DNA from: a virus
Reading direction: 5' to 3' (one strand)
Length of the DNA: 64,000 bases
Virus record (IMG/VR): IMGVR_UViG_3300045972_000146
Location: 1-64,000 of that record
The position numbers were made by a program, and so were the translations under genes. Of the stretch, positions 10,404-19,687 are shown piece by piece. Position 1 is the first letter of the stretch, and every line of letters begins with the position of its first letter. Under the pieces are notes generated by a model, which made no database searches, was not told the origin of the DNA, and saw nothing but the letters and a program-made list of their open reading frames with translations.

Positions 10404-10877
10404 TTAAATTTCCATAACTCCATTGCTAGTTCTCTTAAGATTCATAGCCTCTACGGCTAATCTATCTACTATATCATTACCAATTATCCCTGAGTGTCCC
10501 TTCACCCACTTGACTGTTATAAAATCACATTTACTTATCACGGCGTACACCTCTTGCCATAAGTCTGGATTCTTAATTTTACTGAATCCTTTTCCTGCCC
10601 ATTTCTTTAACCATCCGCAATTGATTGCGTTCTCGATATATTTAGAGTCTGTATGAATTATTACTAATCCTTTATGACCCATCGTAAGCTCATTTAAAGC
10701 CATTGTAAGCGCGTTTATAAATCCGGCTAGCTCCATTCTATTGTTGGTAGTATAGTCGCTATAACCCGCTTGAAATGCTATTGTAGAGTCCTTATAAACT
10801 ATTGCTGCTGCATATCCTCCCGGACCTGGGTTGCCCGCACAGGCACCGTCGCACCAAATGTTAATCGTATCAACCAT
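10404..10877 (-). CDS. rnhA: Ribonuclease HI
   Basis: DGACAGNPGPGG, TTNNRMEL, TDSKY, KNPDLW, WVKGHSG..GNDIVDRLA. Confidence 0.95.
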   Translation of the reverse strand: MVDTINIWCDGACAGNPGPGGYAAAIVYKDSTIAFQAGYSDYTTNNRMELAGFINALTMALNELTMGHKGLVIIHTDSKYIENAINCGWLKKWAGKGFSKIKNPDLWQEVYAVISKCDFITVKWVKGHSGIIGNDIVDRLAVEAMNLKRTSNGVMEI

Positions 10878-11530
10878 TAGATATTCTTCTTTCCAAGTAT
10901 ATCAAATGGTTCAACTAATGCCGAATCCTTAAATAAATCAAAGTCTGTCATTCTGTTCTTTGGGAATAAGATAACATCTCCTAAATTTATTTGCATACCA
11001 AACCAAGTATTATCAACCGATTTAGCAGTTGATGGTAATCCAATTACTACGCCCGTTCTATGTAATGATTCTGTTTCTATCTGTTTAATAGTCATTTGCA
11101 TAATTGGTTCACCTTCTTCGTCCTTTTCTCCTGAATCCTCTGGCACTGTCAATGTTTTATAAACCTTTTCTATTTCTAGCGGTTTAATTATAATATGTTT
11201 TGAAAAGTCGTAACCTATTTTATCAGCTACTACATTTGCCAATGTGGCATTGTCCACGTTTCCTACATTTAGTCCTTGAACATCTTTTTCTTCTATCATT
11301 GTTTCTATTGTTATTATGTCCTCATCATCATAGAGTAAATCCATAATGGAGTCGACGTTGTTTTTCATTTTGTTTAGTAAATCAAAAGGGAGACCGCTTT
11401 TATACTCCTCATTTCTCTTGAGCATATTAATAAGAAAGTCTTCTTCTGGTTCTTTTGAGTCTATTTCTTCAAATCCCCAACTATATATATGACCAGAATA
11501 CTCATGGCCATCTGGTATTATATTAGTCAT
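10877..11530 (-). CDS. GroES-like domain protein with acidic N-terminal extension
   Basis: IIIKPL...TGVVIGLP...INLGDVILF...DILG resembles the GroES strand pattern. Confidence 0.55.
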   Translation of the reverse strand: MTNIIPDGHEYSGHIYSWGFEEIDSKEPEEDFLINMLKRNEEYKSGLPFDLLNKMKNNVDSIMDLLYDDEDIITIETMIEEKDVQGLNVGNVDNATLANVVADKIGYDFSKHIIIKPLEIEKVYKTLTVPEDSGEKDEEGEPIMQMTIKQIETESLHRTGVVIGLPSTAKSVDNTWFGMQINLGDVILFPKNRMTDFDLFKDSALVEPFDILGKKNI

Positions 11531-11853
11531 TTCATTTTTCCTTTGTTCTTAATCTTCATTAATCCAAGTAATTCAACTATGCTTGTATATGAATAAGTAT
11601 CATCTAGCGCTATAGTTACCATTGCCTTTGAATATCTCTTACCCTTTAATGCAGTTATATAGTTATCTAATTCCTCTTGACTGGTAATCGGAGTAAGACT
11701 CTTAATTGCATCTCCTTCATTAATTGTATTAGATTTATATGTATCTGCATCTTGCAATAAAGACATATACTTCTTATCTAATTCAATATACTTGCTATGC
11801 CAAACGGCTTCATTAGGTTTAAGTTTGCCTGCAAATTCTTTAAAGAAACTCAT
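11527..11853 (-). CDS. Hypothetical protein
   Basis: 108-aa ORF just downstream of a putative promoter. Confidence 0.6.
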   Translation of the reverse strand: MSFFKEFAGKLKPNEAVWHSKYIELDKKYMSLLQDADTYKSNTINEGDAIKSLTPITSQEELDNYITALKGKRYSKAMVTIALDDTYSYTSIVELLGLMKIKNKGKMK

Positions 11854-11885
11854 AATATACTATATTAGTTAATACTCTATACTTA

Positions 11886-11915
11886 TATAAACGTATTTAA
11901 TGGAAATTTGTTCTA
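11886..11915 (-). promoter_or_regulatory. Putative late promoter, AAC-N16-CGTT
   Basis: AGAACAAATTTCCATTAAATACGTTTATA. Confidence 0.55.
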
Positions 11916-12143
11916 CTAATAGTCCCATTCTTTACTATTATTTCTCATCTTATTCATAATGATCTTAGCCCTCTCACTCTGTTTGGATATCTTATCATAG
12001 AACTTCTTCATATTCTCTATTGGCTTTTTCTTCTCAATAACTACATTGGAAATGTTACATAAATAAGTATCCTTATGTATCTTATTACATTTACTACAAT
12101 ATATATGATGTTTAGTTAACTGTTGTGGTATATATTTCTGCAT
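11916..12143 (-). CDS. Small Cys/His-containing protein
   Basis: CSKC...H....C, a possible zinc site. Confidence 0.5.
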   Translation of the reverse strand: MQKYIPQQLTKHHIYCSKCNKIHKDTYLCNISNVVIEKKKPIENMKKFYDKISKQSERAKIIMNKMRNNSKEWDY

Positions 12144-12194
12144 AGTTATCGCTCCTATTTAAATAACTGCAATGAAATACAGTTTAATTAACTA

Positions 12195-12480
12195 CCATAC
12201 AACTAAACCCAATGATCCCCTTGAGAACCGGTCCAATCTTCGGTATGGCTTTCAAAACCTTTTATTCTCATATCTGTACGTCAGCTTTCGCCTACACCCA
12301 AACGCTTATCCCAGTCTCCCCTTGTTATCTACACATCTTACGATAGTAGCCCGCGCCATATGTTTTATTAGTCTTTTCTGATACTACCGGAGAAAACTTA
12401 TCACTTAAGTGATTACAATCCGATGTCTAACTCTTCTGCTTTCGCCCTCAGAGTGAATTGATCAGGGTGATCAGTATCAC
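12195..12480 (-). ncRNA. Putative structured late RNA or 5' leader (~290 nt)
   Basis: Begins right after the 12484 promoter; contains the TGATCA-CCC-TGATCA palindrome pair, two GCGAAAGC tetraloop hairpins and an ATCACTTAAGTGAT palindrome; no ORF of 60 aa or more on this strand. Confidence 0.45.
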
Positions 12481-12483
12481 TAA

Positions 12484-12513
12484 CTATAACGCATATAATA
12501 TAAAAAGGTTGTA
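12484..12513 (-). promoter_or_regulatory. Putative late promoter, AAC-N16-CGTT
   Basis: TACAACCTTTTTATATTATATGCGTTATAG at the head of the leftward block. Confidence 0.65.
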
Positions 12514-12863
12514 CTCGATGTCAGGAAATTACATAAAAAATTGCAAATAATGGCTGAAATGGCAAATTTTTAGTAAAATTTTTTAATGAACGTATCAATG
12601 ACAGCGCGAAAGATAGATAATTTTGATAATAAAAAAAATTTACGAACATGTGCATGACTACGCGAAAGAGTATCATTCTGCCTCCCCCGGGGTCAACTTC
12701 GGATGACAATACCCCGTGCCTTCTGCCTCGCTAGGTCCCAATCAGGACTCCTTCAGGTGTAATTGCGAGTATAAATCTTAGGCTAAGTGCTTATCCTTTA
12801 TCTTTATTTCGGGAACTATCTGTTCTATTTCCAGCCAGACTAATCATTAATCAATAATATAGT

Positions 12864-13019
12864 ATGGAACATTTAATTGTATTAATAGTATTAATCGTGC
12901 TATGTGGGGGTATGGGTTTTATTGAATACAAACCCATTAAGAAAGGCTTAGTTAATCGTATGATTGATCATGATAGTCTTAAGCAGTATGATATTGATAT
13001 GGAATGCAGTGTGCACTAA
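12864..13019 (+). CDS. Small membrane protein (51 aa)
   Basis: MEHLIVLIVLIVLCGGMGF...; A-rich leader; below the ORF-track cutoff. Confidence 0.55.
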   Translation: MEHLIVLIVLIVLCGGMGFIEYKPIKKGLVNRMIDHDSLKQYDIDMECSVH

Positions 13020-13233
13020 GCACATTGTATCCCATGCTAGTTCATTGTCAGGCCTCCTTTAGATGTAAATGGTGTGGGTGTAGCAGGAAAGTAAACTAAG
13101 ACATAAGTGGCTGCTTAAATCAAGGATGTATCATTAGCATTCACACCAATCATAATGCAGGAGCTGTACTGCAATCAAATGACTCACAATAGCTTAGTGA
13201 AAGGGTCATTTAAAACAAGTAATAATCAATATT

Positions 13234-13497
13234 ATGAAGAAATTACTATTAATAGCATTGATGTGCATTGCATTTATTGCCTGCACCAACAATCGCATGA
13301 CAAGTGATGCATTTATCAACGACTTAAATTCATTTGACTCAACGGCTACTTACGTATCTACTGTAGTTGATATCGATAATAATGCGTGTACATTCATTAT
13401 TAAGCAAAATGATAGCATATTTTCATATGTAGTAGAAAGAGATAATGTCTCAAAAGCTATAATGGAGATGGCTCGGCCAGGAAACAAGGTTAAATAA
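13234..13497 (+). CDS. Putative lipoprotein
   Basis: Lipobox signal MKKLLLIALMCIAFIA|C. Confidence 0.65.
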   Translation: MKKLLLIALMCIAFIACTNNRMTSDAFINDLNSFDSTATYVSTVVDIDNNACTFIIKQNDSIFSYVVERDNVSKAIMEMARPGNKVK

Positions 13498-13632
13498 TAC
13501 TTAGGGATTTGACAGATAAATACTGTCCATTCCTTTTTTATGCTAGCTCCCAATCAAGACCCCTTTAGATGAAGTTGCGGTAGTAATACCAAAATTATAC
13601 TATATATACATAACCCTTTTACAATTATTATT

Positions 13633-14160
13633 ATGCTCTACAAATGTATTTCTCTGAAAAAAGCTGTAATTCCAGCAGACGCAAAACAACATGCAGGCGA
13701 AACTTATTTCCAAGCACAGTATTTGCCAGTTGATAACGATACTGATATCAAGGTCGTTAAAATCAATATCTTTCCTACTACGCCAGAAGTTATGGCTATC
13801 TATCAGGAAAAGGTTGACAATAATCAGTTGTTGAAGAACAAAGAGTTTGAACGTATCTATGTTGAGTTGCCAGCTTACATTATGAAAGATGACGCAACCA
13901 AAACATGGCGCGTTGACCCTTCTACTGATCAGGCTAAGGTCTACAACGGTATGGAAGTATGTGTTGAGATGAAGAAGAATTTGCAGTTCATTGCAGGCAA
14001 AACACCTGAATGGTTAACTGTTGGCGACCCTAAAGCAAAGGCTGAACAAACTATCAATCGTTTGGGTAAGTTTATTGCTAAGGCAGTACACACAGATCAC
14101 ACACCGATTGCAGAAAGCGAAGCAGCGGCAGCACCAGCAGTGGTAGTTCCACTGATGTAA
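13633..14160 (+). CDS. Hypothetical early protein
   Basis: 175-aa ORF after the third repeat copy. Confidence 0.75.
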   Translation: MLYKCISLKKAVIPADAKQHAGETYFQAQYLPVDNDTDIKVVKINIFPTTPEVMAIYQEKVDNNQLLKNKEFERIYVELPAYIMKDDATKTWRVDPSTDQAKVYNGMEVCVEMKKNLQFIAGKTPEWLTVGDPKAKAEQTINRLGKFIAKAVHTDHTPIAESEAAAAPAVVVPLM

Positions 14161-14455
14161 TCACAAATTGTAGGCAGTATGTACATTGTATGTACTGTCT
14201 ACTTATTTGAATGGGAGTTGGTGGCAATTCTTTGCAAATTAAATCGCTAATTAGATGAAAATTATGTGTTGTTGAGTTGAGTTTGGGAGGGAGTCAATCC
14301 ATTATCCCCTTTTTCATGTATTTATTATAACCACAATATACGTCATGTACCATTACTATGGCTCATTTCGCATTCTCAGCCTATTTAAGGCACTTTCTCT
14401 ATATCACTAATACAAACTATCCATTCTTACATAGAGTGGCTTAAATGAACTTAAA

Positions 14456-14932
14456 ATGGCTAAAAAGAATACAATACCTACTATGAATACTACAGTAGGA
14501 CAAGGAATACTTGAACAAATTCATGCAGAACAGGAGATAATAATCACTGAAGAATTACTAAAAATTCCAGTACCAGAAGTACCAGAAATATCACAAGTTA
14601 CATTAGACTTACCACCAAGACCATTAAAAGAATTAGTTCAATTACTATCAGATAAACTTGAATCTCAAGGTATGATAATAGAAGGACTATGTTACTTAGT
14701 GTTTATAATGAGATGGGCTAATTGGACTAGTGATGATAAGTTTATCATTAACAAGGAGGAAGAAAAAATACTTCATAAGTTTGTAATGACCGCCAAACCT
14801 TGGCCATGGCAAGTGCGCTATTGGTGTACTAATGGAGTTTGGTCAAGACCAACTAAAAGAGCATTCTTTTGGACTTCTGGACAATATCAACCTCGTGTTG
14901 ATTGGTTAAAGAAACAATTAACAAAACTATAA
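14456..14932 (+). CDS. Hypothetical protein
   Basis: 158-aa ORF with Trp-rich C-terminus. Confidence 0.7.
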   Translation: MAKKNTIPTMNTTVGQGILEQIHAEQEIIITEELLKIPVPEVPEISQVTLDLPPRPLKELVQLLSDKLESQGMIIEGLCYLVFIMRWANWTSDDKFIINKEEEKILHKFVMTAKPWPWQVRYWCTNGVWSRPTKRAFFWTSGQYQPRVDWLKKQLTKL

Positions 14933-14974
14933 TAAACAATCTCTTTAATTGAAGCAAAGCAATAATCAGGGGGA

Positions 14975-15325
14975 GACACCCACTTAGCGTGTAGAAGGAG
15001 GGCGAAAGCTTAGAACGTAGATTATAAACCATAGCAGTGGTTGAATGTTTTGGTAAATGATAATAGTGATAAAATTGCTTTTAGGGCTTGCCGTGAAACA
15101 CCGGACTATTATTTCCACTCTGCATAAGTGGATAAAGAGATTTTTTCACAAAAGATTTAGTTATATTTAAACTGTTGACTTCGGGTTGCAGTGTTGCATA
15201 CGGTGTATAATAGTCCGGAGCTATAACTAAATCTCCCATAAACCAACCCCCCTTATCGGCTCCCAGCAACAGCATGGCACTGATTTGTGTGGGTTGGTTT
15301 TCAAATACGCAAGCTAAATGCGATG
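14975..15325 (+). ncRNA. Putative pseudoknotted ncRNA (~350 nt)
   Basis: Crossing perfect helices 15101-15112/15207-15218 (12 bp) and 15153-15165/15222-15234 (13 bp); 10-bp stem 15240/15300; GAAA and TTCG loops. Confidence 0.6.
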
Positions 15326-15362
15326 GAGTTAGCAAACAAAATAACAATCTAACATTATCAAG

Positions 15363-15470
15363 ATGGGAAAGGTTAAAGAATATGGTAGATATGCGTTACT
15401 TATCACCATGATATTATTATTCTTTGTGCTGGTTGGATTAGTAATATTCGGTCACCACATTAAATTCTAA
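15363..15470 (+). CDS. Small membrane protein (35 aa)
   Basis: MGKVKEYGRYALLITMILLFFVLVGLVIFGHHIKF; CATTATCAAG-ATG leader shared with other early genes. Confidence 0.55.
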   Translation: MGKVKEYGRYALLITMILLFFVLVGLVIFGHHIKF

Positions 15471-15471
15471 T

Positions 15472-15705
15472 ATGGCAAAGATTACAAAGCTCACTGATGA
15501 GCAATTCAATGGACGACACCCAAATGGGATTAATCCAGGTTATGAAAAGAGAATAGAAACCACGCCAGTTAAACCTGTAGTAGGTATGCCTTATTCTTTT
15601 GGGTCTCTATTTACCTCGCGTATTACAGAAATAATAGAAATGAATGCTAATGAATATGTGTTCAGAACTAAGAATTCTATATATAAGGTAGAAGTTTACA
15701 AATAA
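15472..15705 (+). CDS. Hypothetical protein
   Basis: 77 aa, with a TS..I...F.T.NS.Y pattern seen in small phage proteins. Confidence 0.65.
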   Translation: MAKITKLTDEQFNGRHPNGINPGYEKRIETTPVKPVVGMPYSFGSLFTSRITEIIEMNANEYVFRTKNSIYKVEVYK

Positions 15706-15726
15706 TAATAATTAATCATTATCAAG

Positions 15727-15990
15727 ATGAAGAAAACATTCAATTTCTTATTAAGTTTACCTTTGAATATCATTATGTATATTCTAAAGAGCGTATTGTT
15801 TTTAGTAGCCTTTATTGGGTTTTTATTCCTAATAATCGGATGGACATTGTCAGAAATGACAAATGCTATTGGGTTATGGAGTAGACATACTGATCCTGAA
15901 GGTCCAGAAGAGGCTGTGGAATTGTCGTTCGACATATTTCTTGGCAAGAGGTTTTGGAGATGGCTAAGAATGAGAGTTTATGTTGATTAA
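15727..15990 (+). CDS. Membrane protein
   Basis: Long hydrophobic N-terminal half. Confidence 0.6.
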   Translation: MKKTFNFLLSLPLNIIMYILKSVLFLVAFIGFLFLIIGWTLSEMTNAIGLWSRHTDPEGPEEAVELSFDIFLGKRFWRWLRMRVYVD

Positions 15991-16178
15991 AGTGCTGTTG
16001 ATTATTACAATAACTTATAATCCCCTAAAGCGTTAGGGTGATGATTTCTCGGCTATAGACGCCATTGACATTCAGAGAGGAGAATAATAAGACCACAAAT
16101 CGTCAAATTAAATACGCGTGGCAATAAAGTTCTCCTCTTGCTTTAATTTGAAATATCTAATCAATAAATATAAATCAA

Positions 16179-16310
16179 ATGAAGAAATTATTAGTAATAG
16201 TATTGCTATTAATGGTAATACTAAGTAGCTGCATTACTGTAGCTAAGGCGCCAACAAGCGATTGTACTCATTACGACAGAAAAGGCTTAATTATTAATCA
16301 TAAAAAATAG
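16179..16310 (+). CDS. Small lipoprotein (43 aa)
   Basis: MKKLLVIVLLLMVILSS|C lipobox. Confidence 0.55.
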   Translation: MKKLLVIVLLLMVILSSCITVAKAPTSDCTHYDRKGLIINHKK

Positions 16311-16315
16311 TCAAT

Positions 16316-16624
16316 ATGTTAGTAATAGCACGTGCAATAAGAGTGGCGAAGGCAAAAGGTTTTGGTAATGTGCATGTAGCTAAGTTAAAGAACAAATTAA
16401 CAGAAGCTCCAAATGCTGCATTATTAAAAGGGGAAATAAGGGTTGTGGAAGGAACACTGACGCAATTACACATGATTGTTTTCGATAAATATGATGAGAA
16501 TGCTCCAGTATATACAAATACTGTTGCGGGGGCAAGCGATTTATTCGATACAATGAAAGCACAAGAATTCTTTATTCGTGTTGCTTTACAAGCATTATTA
16601 CAGTTAAGAACAAATTCCAATTAA
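16316..16624 (+). CDS. Hypothetical protein
   Basis: 102-aa ORF. Confidence 0.65.
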   Translation: MLVIARAIRVAKAKGFGNVHVAKLKNKLTEAPNAALLKGEIRVVEGTLTQLHMIVFDKYDENAPVYTNTVAGASDLFDTMKAQEFFIRVALQALLQLRTNSN

Positions 16625-16659
16625 TTTCAAGTACTTACATTTAAATTTTATCAAAGAAA

Positions 16660-17178
16660 ATGAAGACAAACAAATTTACCTTGTTGCTCATGATTGCCAT
16701 GAGCTTTGCATTTATGACCTTAATGGCCAGTTGCCAATCACAATCCGGAAGAAAAGCAGAGCAATCTGTAGTAGTTAAACCAATGGTAGATGCAAATCTA
16801 TACGAAGGCGTAATTACCAAGCTTGACTCAATTAACACTGAGTATTCAGTGTATGTGTATGCCATGGATAAATGGGATGCTGAGAGAATTATTACGTTAA
16901 AATACATTGACAAAGAACAAGTCGAATGTAATTTACGTATAGTATTAATTCAGCCTATAAATATACCATTTAAATACCAAAGCGACTCAGCATTAGTCAA
17001 AGCTATTAGTCAGGCAATCCCCAATCATATAATTAAATGGGATGGGAAACATAATGAATTAGCCAAAGGACCAAAAAAAGCCGGAAAGAAAAGTGGAGGA
17101 AAACGTGGAAGACCAAGCAAAAAGTCTTGTAATTCAGATGATTTCCAATTTGTGGTTGATGATACATTAATTGTCTAA
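16660..17178 (+). CDS. Putative lipoprotein with basic KRGRP tail
   Basis: Signal peptide ending LMAS|C; C-terminal KKSGGKRGRPSKK. Confidence 0.65.
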   Translation: MKTNKFTLLLMIAMSFAFMTLMASCQSQSGRKAEQSVVVKPMVDANLYEGVITKLDSINTEYSVYVYAMDKWDAERIITLKYIDKEQVECNLRIVLIQPINIPFKYQSDSALVKAISQAIPNHIIKWDGKHNELAKGPKKAGKKSGGKRGRPSKKSCNSDDFQFVVDDTLIV

Positions 17179-17241
17179 AGAAACCAAGCTTAAGGGTGGC
17201 ACGCTTAAACCCTTAATTATTTACCATTTATAATCAATATC

Positions 17242-17508
17242 ATGGCAAGTACACTGTATTTCAACGACAGAACTGAAAAGTTCTTAATAAAGAATAAGAT
17301 TAAAACTAGATTTGTAAATAATACAAAAAGAGGTAAATCTGAAACTGAATTAAATAAGTTCATAGAGCGTGCAAAATTACTATCACCTCGCGATGTGATT
17401 GCACATGCATTTACATGGATTGAAGACCCTGAATATCATTTAAACCCAAACTTTTGGTTATATATGTGTAACAGGGCAAAGCGCTGGGAAGAAGAAGGTA
17501 AAATTTAA
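17242..17508 (+). CDS. Hypothetical protein
   Basis: 88-aa ORF. Confidence 0.65.
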   Translation: MASTLYFNDRTEKFLIKNKIKTRFVNNTKRGKSETELNKFIERAKLLSPRDVIAHAFTWIEDPEYHLNPNFWLYMCNRAKRWEEEGKI

Positions 17509-17525
17509 TCAACAAATCAATTGAA

Positions 17526-17885
17526 ATGAAAAAGTTCACCAACAAATCGTTTACAGTTCTCATGTATAACATGGTGAGCTGGGTAGTGCAACATAAAACA
17601 ATACCATATAAAATCAATATAGCAATAGAAGATTTGAATGGAACTGATATATATGTTGCGGAAGTGTATTACAAATCAAAACCTGAAGAGGAAATAGTAC
17701 TTGAAGAGTTTCCAACGAAATTCAATGAATATGCATCAATTGATGAGAAAGAAAGGAATCTGAAAAGAATATCCAATCAATATCCAGCAATTGAAGAGCA
17801 TATTGTGACTGATGAAATGGACCCGTTGACTGAGTGTGAGCGTAATTACACTAATCATTTAAAGGGAGTTCATAGTGAAAATTGA
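17526..17885 (+). CDS. Hypothetical protein
   Basis: 119-aa ORF. Confidence 0.65.
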   Translation: MKKFTNKSFTVLMYNMVSWVVQHKTIPYKINIAIEDLNGTDIYVAEVYYKSKPEEEIVLEEFPTKFNEYASIDEKERNLKRISNQYPAIEEHIVTDEMDPLTECERNYTNHLKGVHSEN

Positions 17886-17889
17886 TTAA

Positions 17890-19185
17890 AATAAAAAGCT
17901 TTAATTAGATTGCTGGTCACGGCTGACTTGGTTTGAACAATAGACCAAAGAAAATGTGTTGTCATGGTGATAATTAAAGCTTTTGTTAACATGTCATTTC
18001 TGCTTCCAAAGGGCAGACTATATTAAATAAGGTAACAAGTGTAAATAAACTGTAGATATACATAAAAAAGCATGATTAGAATTATTTAATATAGAACATG
18101 GATGGGCAAAAAGGAGGGTTAAATCTGGTACTACATTTCAACCAGAGCCTGTGATAGGTATAGTAAATGCTAAAATACATGTAAGAAATTCTCATGTTAA
18201 TTACCGAACTTGAGTGATATCTATGGAAGTTTGACGCGGCTGACCAACAATGGCAATAAGAGATTGGCTGAGGATTCCTAACGGGCCTAGGCCAAATTCG
18301 ATGTGTAGCGAGCTATGCGGATGGGTATTATAATGGAGGTTGAATGGGTATCTACCCTAAAGATTAACACTATCAAGAGCTAAAGTAGAAATACAATGCG
18401 CCAAATCCTTGACAATTTTCCTTGGCACAAGTGGAAAATAAATGGCTGTCTTTAAACAGAAGTTAAGAGCCACAGTTCATTAGATGACTTAGAATGAACA
18501 AAAGACTATTCGACTAATCAAAAACCTTTCGTAGGGAAATGATAGAATTGAATATCCGCTAACGTCGGACAAGCCCGCAGTTTTGCGAAAGCAATACAAA
18601 AGGACCGTATAAGCCGGATTGTAACTGAGCAATAATTCAGTTGATTGGTTAAGAACCAAATTAAGTTTACCATTGGAACCATTAGAACCCATTCTTGACG
18701 CTGGTAAATGTATTTGTTAAGGCGTAGAGCAAATTGATTGGCTAAGGCTGGCCCATTTTCTAGAGATAGCTTCGGGTGAAACTAGATGCTTGATTAAGAA
18801 TCACAACCTCGCTCAAGGATAATTAGCAAAAATTCCTATTCTAACTATTTTTCGCGAGATAGAAAGAATAGTCCGTGACGTACGAAGAGCGGATACGAAA
18901 CCTCATACAATGCCTCGTATGACGAATCTAAAACAAGAAGGCTAAAAATACAAATGCGAGGAGGGTGTAGTCACATGAGATGGCTCGAGGTAGGAAATGC
19001 CGCAAAGAGAGCGGGTGTAGTATTTGTATGTGAAAAGCAAGCATTGGAATCCAGATGACTGGACCCTTACCGTTAGATGAAACCGTAAGTGGAATATCTA
19101 GACAGCCGGTATAATTAAAATGCATATAACGAGCGAGTAATATCCCCATGGGGACGCCATTCAAATGTTATATGCATTTTTTAAC
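17890..19185 (+). ncRNA. Putative giant structured ncRNA A (~1.1-1.3 kb)
   Basis: No plus-strand ORF of 60 aa or more over 1.45 kb; many local and long-range helices (see findings); followed by a tRNA-like element. Confidence 0.65.
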
Positions 19186-19187
19186 AC

Positions 19188-19270
19188 GCCAGTATCATAC
19201 AAGATGAGAGCCTTGTAATGACCACGGAAAACTCTACGGAGTCTAAGGAGTTCGAATCTCCTAACTGGCA
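19188..19270 (+). ncRNA. tRNA-like element
   Basis: Acceptor GCCAGT/ACTGGC and canonical T-arm AGGAG-TTCGAAT-CTCCT, but no standard D or anticodon arms. Confidence 0.6.
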
Positions 19271-19335
19271 CAGATTTATTAAACAATTAACAGAATTTTA
19301 TACACAGTTTTTAACAACAATTAATTATCAAAATT

Positions 19336-19602
19336 ATGAGTAAAGTAACAGTATTTGTATCATTATTGATGAGTATGAACTTTGCAGCAAATGCAAAAGT
19401 ATCAAAGTCATTGAAACGTATTGAAAAAGGTGAAAAAATTGATGATGCTATTCTTGCAGCTGAAGCTAAAACTTCAAAAGCATACAAAGAAGATGCAGCA
19501 TTTGCAGCCAAAGTGGATGCTATTATTGCCGGTAAGGTTGAAAAACCAAAAGCAGAACCAGCAAAAACAACTACAAATCGCAGTGGAGAGCCACGCCGAT
19601 AA
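19336..19602 (+). CDS. Ala/Lys-rich hypothetical protein
   Basis: 88-aa ORF with A-rich leader. Confidence 0.65.
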   Translation: MSKVTVFVSLLMSMNFAANAKVSKSLKRIEKGEKIDDAILAAEAKTSKAYKEDAAFAAKVDAIIAGKVEKPKAEPAKTTTNRSGEPRR

Positions 19603-19687
19603 GCAGTAAGATTCATTTTATTAATAATAAGCCTCTGTAGTTCATATAGAGGCTTATTATATTGTTTAATCAATAAACTAAAACAAA

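Larger units (their letters stand above)
12730..13572 (+). repeat. Three copies of a 31-bp motif (12730, 13036, 13542), putative early promoters
   Basis: Gapless alignment to GCTAGnTCnnnnTCArGmCyCCTTyAGrTG; one copy precedes each of the first three rightward ORFs. Confidence 0.7.

Noticed and set aside
12730-13572. CRISPR mini-array
   Set aside because: The repeats are degenerate, spaced 306 and 506 bp apart, with genes between them.
18556-18605. Twister ribozyme (TAAC..CGGACAAGCCCG)
   Set aside because: Only a P4-like loop matches; P1, P2 and the pseudoknot partners were not found.
18489-19164. Two minus-strand ORFs of 67 and 78 aa
   Set aside because: They run against the direction of the block, have non-ATG starts and atypical composition, and lie within the structured region.
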